Source of the DNA: Candidatus Micrarchaeota archaeon
GTDB lineage: Archaea; Micrarchaeota; Micrarchaeia; Micrarchaeales; CABMGC01
Assembly (NCBI GenBank): GCA_021812185.1
Contig: JAKAON010000002.1
Span: forward strand, 1 to 63,204
DNA: 63,204 bases
Direction of reading: 5' to 3'
Shown here: positions 8,419 through 16,763 of the stretch, piece by piece
Layout: each line of letters opens with the position of its first letter
Numbering within the stretch: position 1 is the first letter of the stretch
Translations under genes and position numbers: made by a program
The notes under the pieces: model-generated
The model's database searches: none
Seen by the model: only the letters and a program-made list of their open reading frames with translations
What the model was told of the DNA's origin: nothing

Positions 8419-9606
8419 ATGTTTTTCATGAGCGAGCATATGATTGTTGGGATAATAGGAGCGCCCAACAAGGGAAAGAGCACGTTATTTTCAGCAATGA
8501 CCATGGCGAGTGCAGAAATAGCAGACTATCCATTCACCACTATAAAGCCAAATCATGGGATTGCATACGCGGCAAGGCAGTGCGTTGAAAGAGAGCTTCA
8601 CATAAAATGCAAGCCTAGAAATTCAATGTGCGTCGACGGAACGCGATTGATACCGATAGATATTGTTGACGTTGCAGGGCTTGTGCCAGGAGCGCATTTG
8701 GGAAAGGGAATGGGAAACCAGTTCCTAAATGACATATGCGGGGCGAGCGTGCTGATACAGGTAGTGGATGCAAGCGGGAAGAGCGATGCAAATGGAAACA
8801 GGGCAGAGGGCGCCGATGCTTACGATGAGGTGAAGATGGTCAAAGAGGAACTATCGCTTTGGCTTGCCGACATAATATCAAGGCATATGCCAAAACTCTC
8901 CAAGGAGGAAGATGGCGCAAAGGCGTTGCGCGAAGTATTATCTGGATTTAAGGTAAGTGAATATGACATAAAGAAAGCAGCTAGTGCAGCCACGCTTACG
9001 CTCTCGAAAATGAAGTGGAGCACAGCAGAAACGCAGAAGTTCTCGTCAGAGCTCTTAAGGATAAGCAAGCCGATGATAATAGCCGCAAATAAAATTGACA
9101 AGGCAACTGATGAGGATATCAAAAGGCTTGCAGTTTCGCTTAAAGGGTGCGACGTTATTCTCTGCTCCGGGATGGTGGAGTTGGCGCTGAGGAAAACATC
9201 AAAGGAGGGTAAGATAAATTATGTTCCGGGAGAGAGAAATTTTGAGGTGCTTGAGGATATCAGCGCTGAACAGGCAGGAGCTTTTGAGTACATAAGGAGA
9301 TTTCTTGCGAAAAGAAGCACCGGAGTAAATGAGCTGATAAACGAAGCAGCCTTCAGCAGGGAAGGCAACATAGTCGTATATCCCGTAGAGGACGAGAACA
9401 AGTTCACTGACCATTTCGGAAACACGCTGCCAGATGCAGTGGTAATGAAAGGCGGTTCTACGGCAATGGATCTCGCAGCTAAGATACACTCTGAGCTAGC
9501 TGTAAATATGATCTATGCTGTTGATGCCAAGAAGAAGATACGTGTAGCCAAGGATTACGTGCTAAAGGACAACGATGTGATAAAAATAGTCAGTGCGGCA
9601 AAATGA
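8419..9606 (+). CDS. Obg/DRG-family GTPase with C-terminal TGS domain
   Basis: 395 aa. G1 is GIIGAPNKGKSTLF, followed by YPFTT, G3 DVAGLV and NKID. The C-terminal segment (GSTAMDLAAKIHSELAVNMIYAVDAKKKIRVAKDYVLKDNDVIKIV) is TGS-like. Confidence 0.8.
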   Translation: MFFMSEHMIVGIIGAPNKGKSTLFSAMTMASAEIADYPFTTIKPNHGIAYAARQCVERELHIKCKPRNSMCVDGTRLIPIDIVDVAGLVPGAHLGKGMGNQFLNDICGASVLIQVVDASGKSDANGNRAEGADAYDEVKMVKEELSLWLADIISRHMPKLSKEEDGAKALREVLSGFKVSEYDIKKAASAATLTLSKMKWSTAETQKFSSELLRISKPMIIAANKIDKATDEDIKRLAVSLKGCDVILCSGMVELALRKTSKEGKINYVPGERNFEVLEDISAEQAGAFEYIRRFLAKRSTGVNELINEAAFSREGNIVVYPVEDENKFTDHFGNTLPDAVVMKGGSTAMDLAAKIHSELAVNMIYAVDAKKKIRVAKDYVLKDNDVIKIVSAAK

Positions 9607-9612
9607 GGAACG

Positions 9613-10152
9613 CTACCTCTTTTTCATGTCTTCTGACGCCTTTTTCGTCATGTATGTCGCTGTTGATATTATTGAAGGGAGCAAAATCAACATTATCACC
9701 GGAAGGGCTATCCAGTACTGCACCATGAAGGAGATGGACGGGAGCATCGATGCGTATAGGATTATTTCGTATACAACAAGAATTGCAACCATGAATATGA
9801 TGCTGTTGTATATTCCGCAGTAAAAAGATGCGTTTAGCGCCCTTTTTATCGAGCCTGAATTGTTTCCTATGCGCATGCCGGTTATGAGCCCTATCGCAAG
9901 AGGAAAGAGCACCATGCCGGGGGCAAGCAATACAAATGATGCAGCATAGTTAAGCACATACGCGTACTGGAATGAATGGTAGGTAGTCAATGCTGCCTTC
10001 AAAAATGATGCAGCAATCATCAATATCACCCATATGGATATTGGAGAGGTGATGCTAATTTTGCTTAGCGAAATTTCACGCTGCGATCCACCGCTTTCGC
10101 CATCTCTTGAGTATGCAGCGCTGTCATACATGCTGCTTGCCAATTTTTCCAT
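9613..10152 (-). CDS. Hypothetical polytopic membrane protein
   Basis: 179 aa with 4-5 hydrophobic helices and no catalytic motif recognised. Confidence 0.5.
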   Translation of the reverse strand: MEKLASSMYDSAAYSRDGESGGSQREISLSKISITSPISIWVILMIAASFLKAALTTYHSFQYAYVLNYAASFVLLAPGMVLFPLAIGLITGMRIGNNSGSIKRALNASFYCGIYNSIIFMVAILVVYEIILYASMLPSISFMVQYWIALPVIMLILLPSIISTATYMTKKASEDMKKR

Positions 10153-10212
10153 TTGATACCAACGTTAGATTATGCGAATCATGTATAAATTGCTTGCCTT
10201 ACGCCATCCCCC

Positions 10213-10887
10213 TCACATGGAGTTCTTCAGTATTGTTTTTAATATTATGTATCCATCGCGGAACGTGCGCAGTTTGCCCTCGCCGAATTTCCTCTTCTTC
10301 TCCATGCTTGGCACCTCGAGGATCTTGAATCCCTTCTCCATCGCCTTTATGTTTATCTCCGTCTCTATGCCGAACCCTTCTTCCTTGAGATTGAGTTTTC
10401 CGAACACGCCCTTCTTGAAGCTCCTATACCCATAGCACAGATCGCTGAAATTTGCATGAAAGCGCGTGTTCACCATGAGCAAGAATATCTTGTTGCCGAT
10501 CTTCCTAAACAGGGGCATGTCATCAGATCCGCCGCCGAGTATGAATCTCGATCCCATGCATATGTCGTATCCTGCCTCGATTCCGGCTATAAGCAGCTTA
10601 AGCTCCTTTGGCTCGTGAGAGAGATCCGCATCCATGGATATCACTATGCTGCCCCTTGCGGACCTTAGCCCTTTTATCAGCGCTGAGCCTTTCCCGATAT
10701 CGTCGTATAGTATGGAAGCATTGTAGCTTGTTGCTATCCTTACCGTTTCATCTTCGGAGTGGCCATCCACTATTATTACTTCGTAGTTATTTTCGCCAAG
10801 AACATGCTTTATCCCGCGCATCAGTGGACCTATGTTCTTCTCCTCGTTCAAAGTAGGTATTACTATTGATATATATGGGCTGGACAT
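10213..10887 (-). CDS. Family 2 glycosyltransferase (dolichyl-phosphate hexose synthase-like)
   Basis: The GT-A pattern is ISIVIPTLNEEKNI .. VIIVDGHSEDET .. ISMDADLSH. I start the gene at the internal ATG (10887, MSSPYISIV). The ORF track extends it to 10971. Confidence 0.8.
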   Translation of the reverse strand: MSSPYISIVIPTLNEEKNIGPLMRGIKHVLGENNYEVIIVDGHSEDETVRIATSYNASILYDDIGKGSALIKGLRSARGSIVISMDADLSHEPKELKLLIAGIEAGYDICMGSRFILGGGSDDMPLFRKIGNKIFLLMVNTRFHANFSDLCYGYRSFKKGVFGKLNLKEEGFGIETEINIKAMEKGFKILEVPSMEKKRKFGEGKLRTFRDGYIILKTILKNSM

Positions 10888-10994
10888 GTTTCTCTTTATG
10901 AATGTTAGGATTTGAACAAAAAAATCTTTTAAGTTATAGGAAGGGATATTTTGGAGCGCTATGCCAGGCATACGTAGTTAAACGATTTTTGGAC

Positions 10995-12341
10995 TTAAAA
11001 TAGCCTGTTCTTCACTGCTTGATTATTTTTGCCCCTTGCGAAGAGATAGTATGCTATAAGTAGCACGATTACTGTTATTGCTCCGATGTACATCGACTGC
11101 TTAGGCATTCCGTACATGAACGCAAGCACGAAGATTATTGCGATAGCAGGGAGATATGGGTAAAATGGAGCCTTGAAGCTCCCGTGCCTTTTGATTCTCC
11201 TGAAATGTATCAACGCAAGACTTGACATCAGATACGTAAAGAGCACACCGAATACTGAAATAGACGCAACAGTATACACGTTTCCAGAGAACATCATGAC
11301 TATCGCGATGGCAGCAGTTGCAAGAACAGCATTTGTAGACACGTCCCTTTTAGTATCGTATTTTCCTATTATCTTAGGTATGAGCCCGTCACTGTTGAGC
11401 TGATAGATTATTCTGGAAGACCTCAGGAACATTGCAAGCGAAGCCGATGCGGTTGCTATTAACGCGCCTAAACTTACGGCTAATTTGAGCAAGTACGGAG
11501 CTGCAGAAGCATCTAGAGCGATAGATATCGGGTCTGCAGATGACGTGCTGTATACTGATGAAGGCACTATAAGGAGCATGGAAATTATTATTGCTAGGTA
11601 TATGACCAAACTCAGCGCTACGGAGAGCAGTATTGATTTTGCCGCAGCGTTTGGTCCGCCTTTGATCTTTGGGGTCAATGTGCTTATTGTCTGGAACCCA
11701 GAATATGCAAATAATATAGCGATGCTTGCAGCAGCTATTGGGCCGATGCCGTTTTGTGAACTAGTGACTCCGAAATTTGATGCAACGAAGTGCCCGCTGC
11801 CGAACGCGAAATATATTGCAAATGCGACAAAAGCAAGCAGTACCGCGATTTTTATGGCCACTAGGGCAAAGTCGACATTAACCGCTTTTTTTATCCCAAG
11901 CAAATTCAAGACAGCAAGCAGAATTATGAGTATCGCAGCCGAAATAGTTGTTGCAACCGAAGGCAGTCCTAGGATATTTGAGAAATATGAACCGAACCCA
12001 ATGGCGATTGCAGATATTGCAATTACAGAACTAGCATAGAAGATTATCCCAGTTATGAAGCCCAACTCGCTCCCAAATGCCTCATATACATATGAATACG
12101 AAGCCCCTTCGACGTCAGGCATGATCGACCCCAACTCCCCAAGTTCGAGTGCTATTAATATTGCTACGAATCCTACAAGGACAAATGCTATGAGGGCGTT
12201 AGACCCAGCAAGAGAAAGTGCGCTTCCGCTAAGCACGAATATCCCTGCGCCGATTATTGCACCAAGGCCTACGGCAGTTGCGGCAGACACGCTAATTTCC
12301 TGTTTAACTTTGGGAATTCGCATGGTAGAATTAGCCAGCAA
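10995..12341 (-). CDS. APC-superfamily amino acid/polyamine permease
   Basis: 448 aa with about 12 hydrophobic helices. The N-terminal motif VGLGAIIGAGIFVLSG is typical of APC transporters. Confidence 0.8.
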   Translation of the reverse strand: MLANSTMRIPKVKQEISVSAATAVGLGAIIGAGIFVLSGSALSLAGSNALIAFVLVGFVAILIALELGELGSIMPDVEGASYSYVYEAFGSELGFITGIIFYASSVIAISAIAIGFGSYFSNILGLPSVATTISAAILIILLAVLNLLGIKKAVNVDFALVAIKIAVLLAFVAFAIYFAFGSGHFVASNFGVTSSQNGIGPIAAASIAILFAYSGFQTISTLTPKIKGGPNAAAKSILLSVALSLVIYLAIIISMLLIVPSSVYSTSSADPISIALDASAAPYLLKLAVSLGALIATASASLAMFLRSSRIIYQLNSDGLIPKIIGKYDTKRDVSTNAVLATAAIAIVMMFSGNVYTVASISVFGVLFTYLMSSLALIHFRRIKRHGSFKAPFYPYLPAIAIIFVLAFMYGMPKQSMYIGAITVIVLLIAYYLFARGKNNQAVKNRLF

Positions 12342-12567
12342 ATATCTAAAAATTGGCTTTAGTGTTTCCTAGGTAGTGGAGGTGAAGCAATTGCGCTTGC
12401 GGCAACTAGAAAGTGGCCTTTGATGCTCTATTATGAAATGACCAAGGCAAGCAAGTGCCTAGATCGCAACACATTTGGCATCTTCTATTTTGGACGGCTT
12501 TTCCTGGCGCATTCCTTATTTTCTCCCAGTTTTCCCTGGGCAAATATTGCTATTTGCTTGAGGGGAT

Positions 12568-13902
12568 TCACGTCGCCTGGACATTTGCTGATGCAAAAGC
12601 GCCTTCCTCTCCGCTCACGACGACCTTGTATTGGGATCCGCTTGCAGGAGTTATCGTTATGTGACCTTCGCCGAAACTCAATTTGCCGCTGAATGTGAAG
12701 GTGGCCACTGTTCCTGAGGTCATATTATATCCCCCTGCCTGCCCTTCAGCCTCGCCATTTAATGATGGTAAGGACAGTGTGCCGTTTTGGTCTATTTGGA
12801 AGTTAAACATACGTGTGCGCTGTGCGTCTATCCCTTGAGATACAAGTTCAGACTCTGCATTTGCATCTGCCGAAGCATTTGCATCGACACCGACTTGGCT
12901 GCCATTTAAGCTTATGCCCACGCCTGCTCCTTGGAGGTCGGTTAGATTAAGCTTGCTGTGGCTGCTTCCATTGTCTATCGAACCATTTGTTCTCTCAGTG
13001 CTGCCAACGCTTGTGTCTTTGCTGTTGTTGCTGCTTTCGCTGTTGCTCTCGCTTATGTTCCCGTTTTCGCCTATGTGCACAGTTGTATTGAATCCTGCAT
13101 TTGGAGCGACTACGACGCTGTAATTCCCGAACACAGATACGTGCCTTAGTAGGACTGATGCGTTTGAATTATCCCTTATGGTTACAGAAACATCTGTTAC
13201 ATTCCCATTAACTGTTATCGCAGACGATATTACGCTTATATTAGGTTTTATGCTTTCTAGTGCCTGCTTTTCGCTTACATTGAGTGCCTGCTTTTCGCCC
13301 ACGCTTGCATGCCCAGGAACGTTTTTGTTCCCGATAACTATCGCCCTAACAGATGGAACCATCACAAATACCGTAGATGTGTTAGTGTATATCGCAGCGA
13401 TTGTAGGAGAAAGATCAAGTAACACGCCAGATGACGCATTCACTTTCGTATCTCCAGTAATATGTGCGGTTATTATGTGGTTTGGAATAGTGACATTGCT
13501 CGTTGTTCCGTTTATGGTTATGGTTGCCGATGTCACGTTAAAGCGTATCATATCTACTGTTGAATTTGGCGGAGTATTTGCTGTGCTTATCACTTGAGTT
13601 GTGTTTAGAAGGCCTAGCAAGTTGACTGATCCGCTGCCAGTGCCGCTTACCCATCCTCCAGCTGGAGTGCCGCTTGTGTGAACGCTTACTGAAGAGTACG
13701 TCAATACAAGTGCGCTAGTTCCAGAAGGCACGATAGGAGGATCTGTCAAAAATACAGGAGTTTGCTGTCCAACGCCCGAGGACGTTCCAGTTTGCCCCGA
13801 AGTAGTAGTTAGGTTATTGCCCAATATCATCATTGCGCCTATAATAATTACTATTACTGCAAGCCCGATCAATATTCCTTTTGTGTTATCCATGTAATTC
13901 AA
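12568..13902 (-). CDS. Membrane-anchored DUF4382-like, sequon-rich surface protein; paralog of the 6427..8232 ectodomain
   Basis: 444 aa with an N-terminal anchor (GILIGLAVIVIIIGAMMILG). Long blocks are shared with the 601-aa protein: TDPPIVPSGTSALVLTYSS / TDPPKVPEGTSALMINYSS, and SSGVLLDLSPTIAAIYTNTSTVFVMVPSVRAIVI / SNGVLLDFAPVVAAIYTNTSTVFVMVPSLKAVIV. Confidence 0.7.
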   Translation of the reverse strand: MNYMDNTKGILIGLAVIVIIIGAMMILGNNLTTTSGQTGTSSGVGQQTPVFLTDPPIVPSGTSALVLTYSSVSVHTSGTPAGGWVSGTGSGSVNLLGLLNTTQVISTANTPPNSTVDMIRFNVTSATITINGTTSNVTIPNHIITAHITGDTKVNASSGVLLDLSPTIAAIYTNTSTVFVMVPSVRAIVIGNKNVPGHASVGEKQALNVSEKQALESIKPNISVISSAITVNGNVTDVSVTIRDNSNASVLLRHVSVFGNYSVVVAPNAGFNTTVHIGENGNISESNSESSNNSKDTSVGSTERTNGSIDNGSSHSKLNLTDLQGAGVGISLNGSQVGVDANASADANAESELVSQGIDAQRTRMFNFQIDQNGTLSLPSLNGEAEGQAGGYNMTSGTVATFTFSGKLSFGEGHITITPASGSQYKVVVSGEEGAFASANVQAT

Positions 13903-14026
13903 CCAGTGTAGTATTGTTGCATTGAAAGACTTAAATACGTATTACGTAGTGCACGCGCACGCAGACCAGATGCAATTAGCAGTAAATATGAGTTAGAAAA
14001 AGCCACCTAACGCGTGTTAGTATGAT

Positions 14027-14134
14027 TGCAGGGGGAGAGATTTGAACTCTCGAAGGCGCTAGGCCACAAGATCTTAAGTCTTGCGCATTTTTCTGTGGCT
14101 TTTGAAGAGCCAGACCAGACTCTGCCACCCCTGC
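14027..14134 (-). tRNA. tRNA-Leu(UAA), class II, with a ~22-nt insertion (candidate non-canonical intron) in the D-loop
   Basis: The minus strand reads GCAGGGG-TG-GCA GAGTCTGGTC[TGGCTCTTCAAAAGCCACAGAA]AAA TGC-G-CAAGA-CTTAAGA-TCTTG-TGGCCTAGCGCCTTC-GAGAG-TTCAAAT-CTCTC-CCCCTGC-A. The acceptor, anticodon, variable and T arms are canonical. The total is 108 nt, against about 86 nt expected. Confidence 0.75.
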
Positions 14135-14142
14135 GTTGTTCT

Positions 14143-14889
14143 TTATGCATACATTGACGGACCGGCCTGATCTGCTGTAGTGTTCTCAGGAGCACCGAGA
14201 TTCTCGTGCGATGACTTGGCCTTCTTGAGCATCTCCCTTACCTTAGCTTGCAACTCCTTTGACTCTGCTTCCAGTTCGTCAGTGTTTATTGATATGTCAA
14301 CAAGCTTCTTTAGGCTCATTATCGCATTCTCGGCATATTTTGGATCCATTATCTGCGGATTGACCAGTACGAGAATGTCGGTTACAGATATTTTGAATTG
14401 TGCGCCCCTTACCAAAAGCAAGCCGCTGACTCCAGCTACAACGCCGTCTGTTACTATTTCAAGCCCTGCTCCCTCAGCAGCTTTTTTCGCCTTTGCGTCG
14501 GATGTAAGGGCATACGTCTTGTCCTCTATTTTATCTGAAGGCATTCCCCCTATCGATATTATCTGTTCAAGGCCGTACTTCCTTACGAAGTTTAGCAGCT
14601 CGTCTGCAAGTTCAGATATTGCGTTTATAGGTACGGTGAACTCGGCTATAAGCACAACTAGTTTGTACTTTTCGTTCTTGTAGAGCCTTACAGGGTACAT
14701 CGGTATACTGTCGTGGACTGCAACGATTGGAGGAAAGAAATTGGACTCTATGTATCCAATGTACACCATTTCAAGCTTCTGTATCAAATAGCTGCAAGTC
14801 ATAGGTCCCACAAGGCCTGCGCCTGGAAGCCCTTCTATGAATGTGTATCCTGAGAGATCTTCGTCCTTGAATAGTTTGAGGGTTATCAT
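14143..14889 (-). CDS. PAC2-family proteasome assembly chaperone-like protein
   Basis: 248 aa. The N-terminal FIEGLPGAGLVGPMTCSYLI signature and the acidic/coiled C-terminus match archaeal PAC2 (PbaA/B-like) proteins. Confidence 0.6.
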   Translation of the reverse strand: MITLKLFKDEDLSGYTFIEGLPGAGLVGPMTCSYLIQKLEMVYIGYIESNFFPPIVAVHDSIPMYPVRLYKNEKYKLVVLIAEFTVPINAISELADELLNFVRKYGLEQIISIGGMPSDKIEDKTYALTSDAKAKKAAEGAGLEIVTDGVVAGVSGLLLVRGAQFKISVTDILVLVNPQIMDPKYAENAIMSLKKLVDISINTDELEAESKELQAKVREMLKKAKSSHENLGAPENTTADQAGPSMYA

Positions 14890-15011
14890 CTAATCAGATA
14901 GATTAATGCCGTAAAGGTTTAAATACGTTCTAATTTCCTACGTCTTCATTTCTCTCGAGTAGACGACGATAGCCTTATAAGGTTGTCCTCGCTAATATAT
15001 TTGGTGAAACA

Positions 15012-15236
15012 ATGGCAGAAAGAGTTGGAAAAGAAAAATTGACAAGAGAAAACGGATATCTGTACTATCTAGGAAAGGATGGATTCGTATGGAGAACGCC
15101 TATGAAGACAAACAAGAGAGGAAAGAAGGCAAAAGTTGGATCTGAAAAAGTTCAGAGACAAGAAGGCTTCTTGTACTTTATAGACAAGAGCGGATACGTA
15201 GCACGATCCAAGATGAACAGGAAGGGAAGAAGGTAA
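15012..15236 (+). CDS. Small basic protein with an internal duplication (hypothetical)
   Basis: 74 aa. Two similar modules are present: ENGYLYYLGKDGFVWRTPMK and QEGFLYFIDKSGYVARSKMN. The protein is Lys/Arg-rich. Confidence 0.5.
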   Translation: MAERVGKEKLTRENGYLYYLGKDGFVWRTPMKTNKRGKKAKVGSEKVQRQEGFLYFIDKSGYVARSKMNRKGRR

Positions 15237-15239
15237 ATT

Positions 15240-15285
15240 GTTTTGGGCATTTGCCCAAAACTTCTCTTTATTTTATATTTTTGAT
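15240..15285 (+). terminator. Hairpin plus oligo-T tract
   Basis: GTTTTGGGC-attt-GCCCAAAAC is a 9-bp stem at 15240..15261, followed by cttctctttattttatattttt. It begins 4 nt after the stop codon. Confidence 0.5.
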
Positions 15286-15445
15286 ATTTTCTATTACATT
15301 CTAATTTCTAATTATTATGGCGATACTTTTCATTACGGGAAGAGTAGTGCGTATTTAGTTTGATAGGATATCGATATTTCTATAACGTGGCATCTTATTG
15401 TAAATAACTCGATAAAATCAATTATGTGATTGAAAAATAAAAAGA

Positions 15446-15517
15446 GGCCTCAGCCGGGAATCGAACACGGTCTTAAGGATCCACAGTCCTTCGTGCTGCC
15501 GTTACACCACCAAGGCC
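15446..15517 (-). tRNA. tRNA-His(GUG) with genome-encoded G-1
   Basis: The minus strand reads G(-1)-GCCTTGG-TG-GTGT-AACGGCA-GCAC-G-AAGGA-CTGTGGA-TCCTT-AAGA-CCGTG-TTCGATT-CCCGG-CTGAGGC-C. G-1 pairs with C73, which is the His hallmark. The T stem has one T:C mismatch. Confidence 0.85.
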
Positions 15518-15685
15518 ACATTATTACTTTTGAGGCAGAATATTTATTAGTTGGTGTTATCAGTCGCTGGAATTTTTCCCTTTTCTTAGATGAAAATAGT
15601 ATTGCAAATTGTAGCAAACATGTATTGATGATATTTTGTATCTTTTGGTTGCTTTGAGCAGTATCAAGTATGTTCATCGTGCTTT

Positions 15686-15725
15686 GGAGTGCATTTGGAA
15701 TCGAACCCAATTTTGACGTGGGAAA
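15686..15725 (-). pseudogene. Orphan tRNA 3'-portion-like fragment (T arm + 3' acceptor strand only)
   Basis: The minus strand reads ..CCCACGTCAAAATTGGG-TTCGATT-CCAAA-TGCACTC-C. This has a GGGTTCGATTCC T-loop signature and an imperfect T stem. No matching 5' acceptor (GAGTGCA) is possible in the 6 nt before the adjacent tRNA-Arg. Confidence 0.4.
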
Positions 15726-15731
15726 AATCGA

Positions 15732-15806
15732 CGGGCCTGGCGGGATTTGAACCCGCAGCCAACGGCTCCGCAAGCCGGCATGCTATCCAAGTTACACCAC
15801 AAGCCC
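15732..15806 (-). tRNA. tRNA-Arg(GCG)
   Basis: The minus strand reads GGGCTTG-TG-GTGT-AACTTGGATA-GCAT-G-CCGGC-TTGCGGA-GCCGT-TGGCT-GCGGG-TTCAAAT-CCCGC-CAGGCCC-G, 75 nt. Confidence 0.85.
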
Positions 15807-15926
15807 AAAAAAGCTTTTATATCTTAGTGATTTAACAATCTACTGTCAGATTGACATTATAATCTATATAATTAGACTATAAAGTCCTTCCTGTATTTTA
15901 TATTAGGTGATTTTATACAACAAGTA

Positions 15927-16085
15927 TTGCCAGGCAAAGTATGCAGTTCATGCGGTAAGCTTACTAGCGAGTATGTAGAATTTCCTTGCCCTAAATGCGC
16001 AAAAACTAGGATAAGGAGATGTTACCAGTGCAGAGAGACATACGCAACTTACAAATGCAAAGAATGCGATTTCCAGGGACCATAA
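15927..16085 (+). CDS. Small Zn-ribbon protein (4 x CxxC), the conserved archaeal neighbour upstream of aEF-1beta
   Basis: Hand translation gives (L/M)PGKVCSSCGKLTSEYVEFPCPKCAKTRIRRCYQCRETYATYKCKECDFQGP*. No in-frame ATG exists and TTG at 15927 is the best start. Its TAA overlaps the ATG of the next gene (TAATG). At under 60 aa it is absent from the ORF track. Confidence 0.65.
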   Translation: MPGKVCSSCGKLTSEYVEFPCPKCAKTRIRRCYQCRETYATYKCKECDFQGP

Positions 16086-16330
16086 TGGGAGATGTAGCTG
16101 TTTTGTTCAAGATTTATGTCGATGAAGGACAAGAGGATAGCGTTAGTGCTGCAGTGAAGAGCGAACTTTCGCCGAAGGGAATGAGCTTTGATGAGATAGG
16201 CTTTGGTATAAAAGTGTTGAAGGCGCTGTTTGTCCATGATGATTCAAGTGGAAGTTCGGAGATAGAAGAGAAGATACGAAAGATACCTGGAGTTACTGAA
16301 GTTGAGGTAGAAACTGAGAGCCTCGTCTGA
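16085..16330 (+). CDS. ef1b: Translation elongation factor aEF-1 beta
   Basis: MGDVAVLFKIYVDEGQ..SFDEIGFGIKVLKALFVHDD..IPGVTEVEVE has the size (81 aa) and motif layout of aEF-1beta. The ORF track's upstream extension (16019) overlaps the Zn-ribbon gene in another frame. Confidence 0.8.
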   Translation: MGDVAVLFKIYVDEGQEDSVSAAVKSELSPKGMSFDEIGFGIKVLKALFVHDDSSGSSEIEEKIRKIPGVTEVEVETESLV

Positions 16331-16432
16331 TTTTTGCATAAATATCCGGTTTGTCACAAAAACCAAATTCGTCAATCAACTAATGTCCAGCTGCCGCTTT
16401 AAATAGGCCAAAACAGATTAATCATTTACATT

Positions 16433-16693
16433 GTGATTAAAATGGCCAATACAACTAAAGTAGATCCGGAGGAGTTGCCAGGATATATGAAGCAAGAAAG
16501 AGCAGCTCCGAAAGGAGTGAATCCGATATTATGGACGAGGTATCTTCATGAGCCTGATTTAAGCCTCTCATTTAGAGATTGGGCACGAAAAAACAGCATC
16601 AAGAATGTACGAAGGGATTCTGGAGAGGCCAAAGAGAATACAGGTCCATTTATAGATATGTCAAGGAGAGCAGGAATAGCAAATATGGCGTAA
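16433..16693 (+). CDS. Hypothetical protein
   Basis: 86-aa ORF in an otherwise empty gap, with no recognised motif. Confidence 0.35.
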   Translation: MIKMANTTKVDPEELPGYMKQERAAPKGVNPILWTRYLHEPDLSLSFRDWARKNSIKNVRRDSGEAKENTGPFIDMSRRAGIANMA

Positions 16694-16763
16694 TTGCCCT
16701 TTTTATTTTATAGACTATCTCTTAGATACTGCGCCATGGACTTTCGTTTTCGTGGTGATTGAT

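Noticed and set aside
14096-14112. The hairpin inside the tRNA-Leu insertion (minus strand TGGCT-CTTCAAA-AGCCA) has the exact anticodon-loop sequence of tRNA-Sec (CUUCAAA, anticodon UCA). This suggested an alternative reading as a selenocysteine or suppressor tRNA.
   Set aside because: With that anticodon arm the remaining ~44 nt (including the perfect CAAGA-CTTAAGA-TCTTG arm) would have to be a variable arm. That is far longer than any tRNA-Sec, and no proper D stem or 8/9-bp acceptor forms. The Leu(UAA) fold explains every arm.
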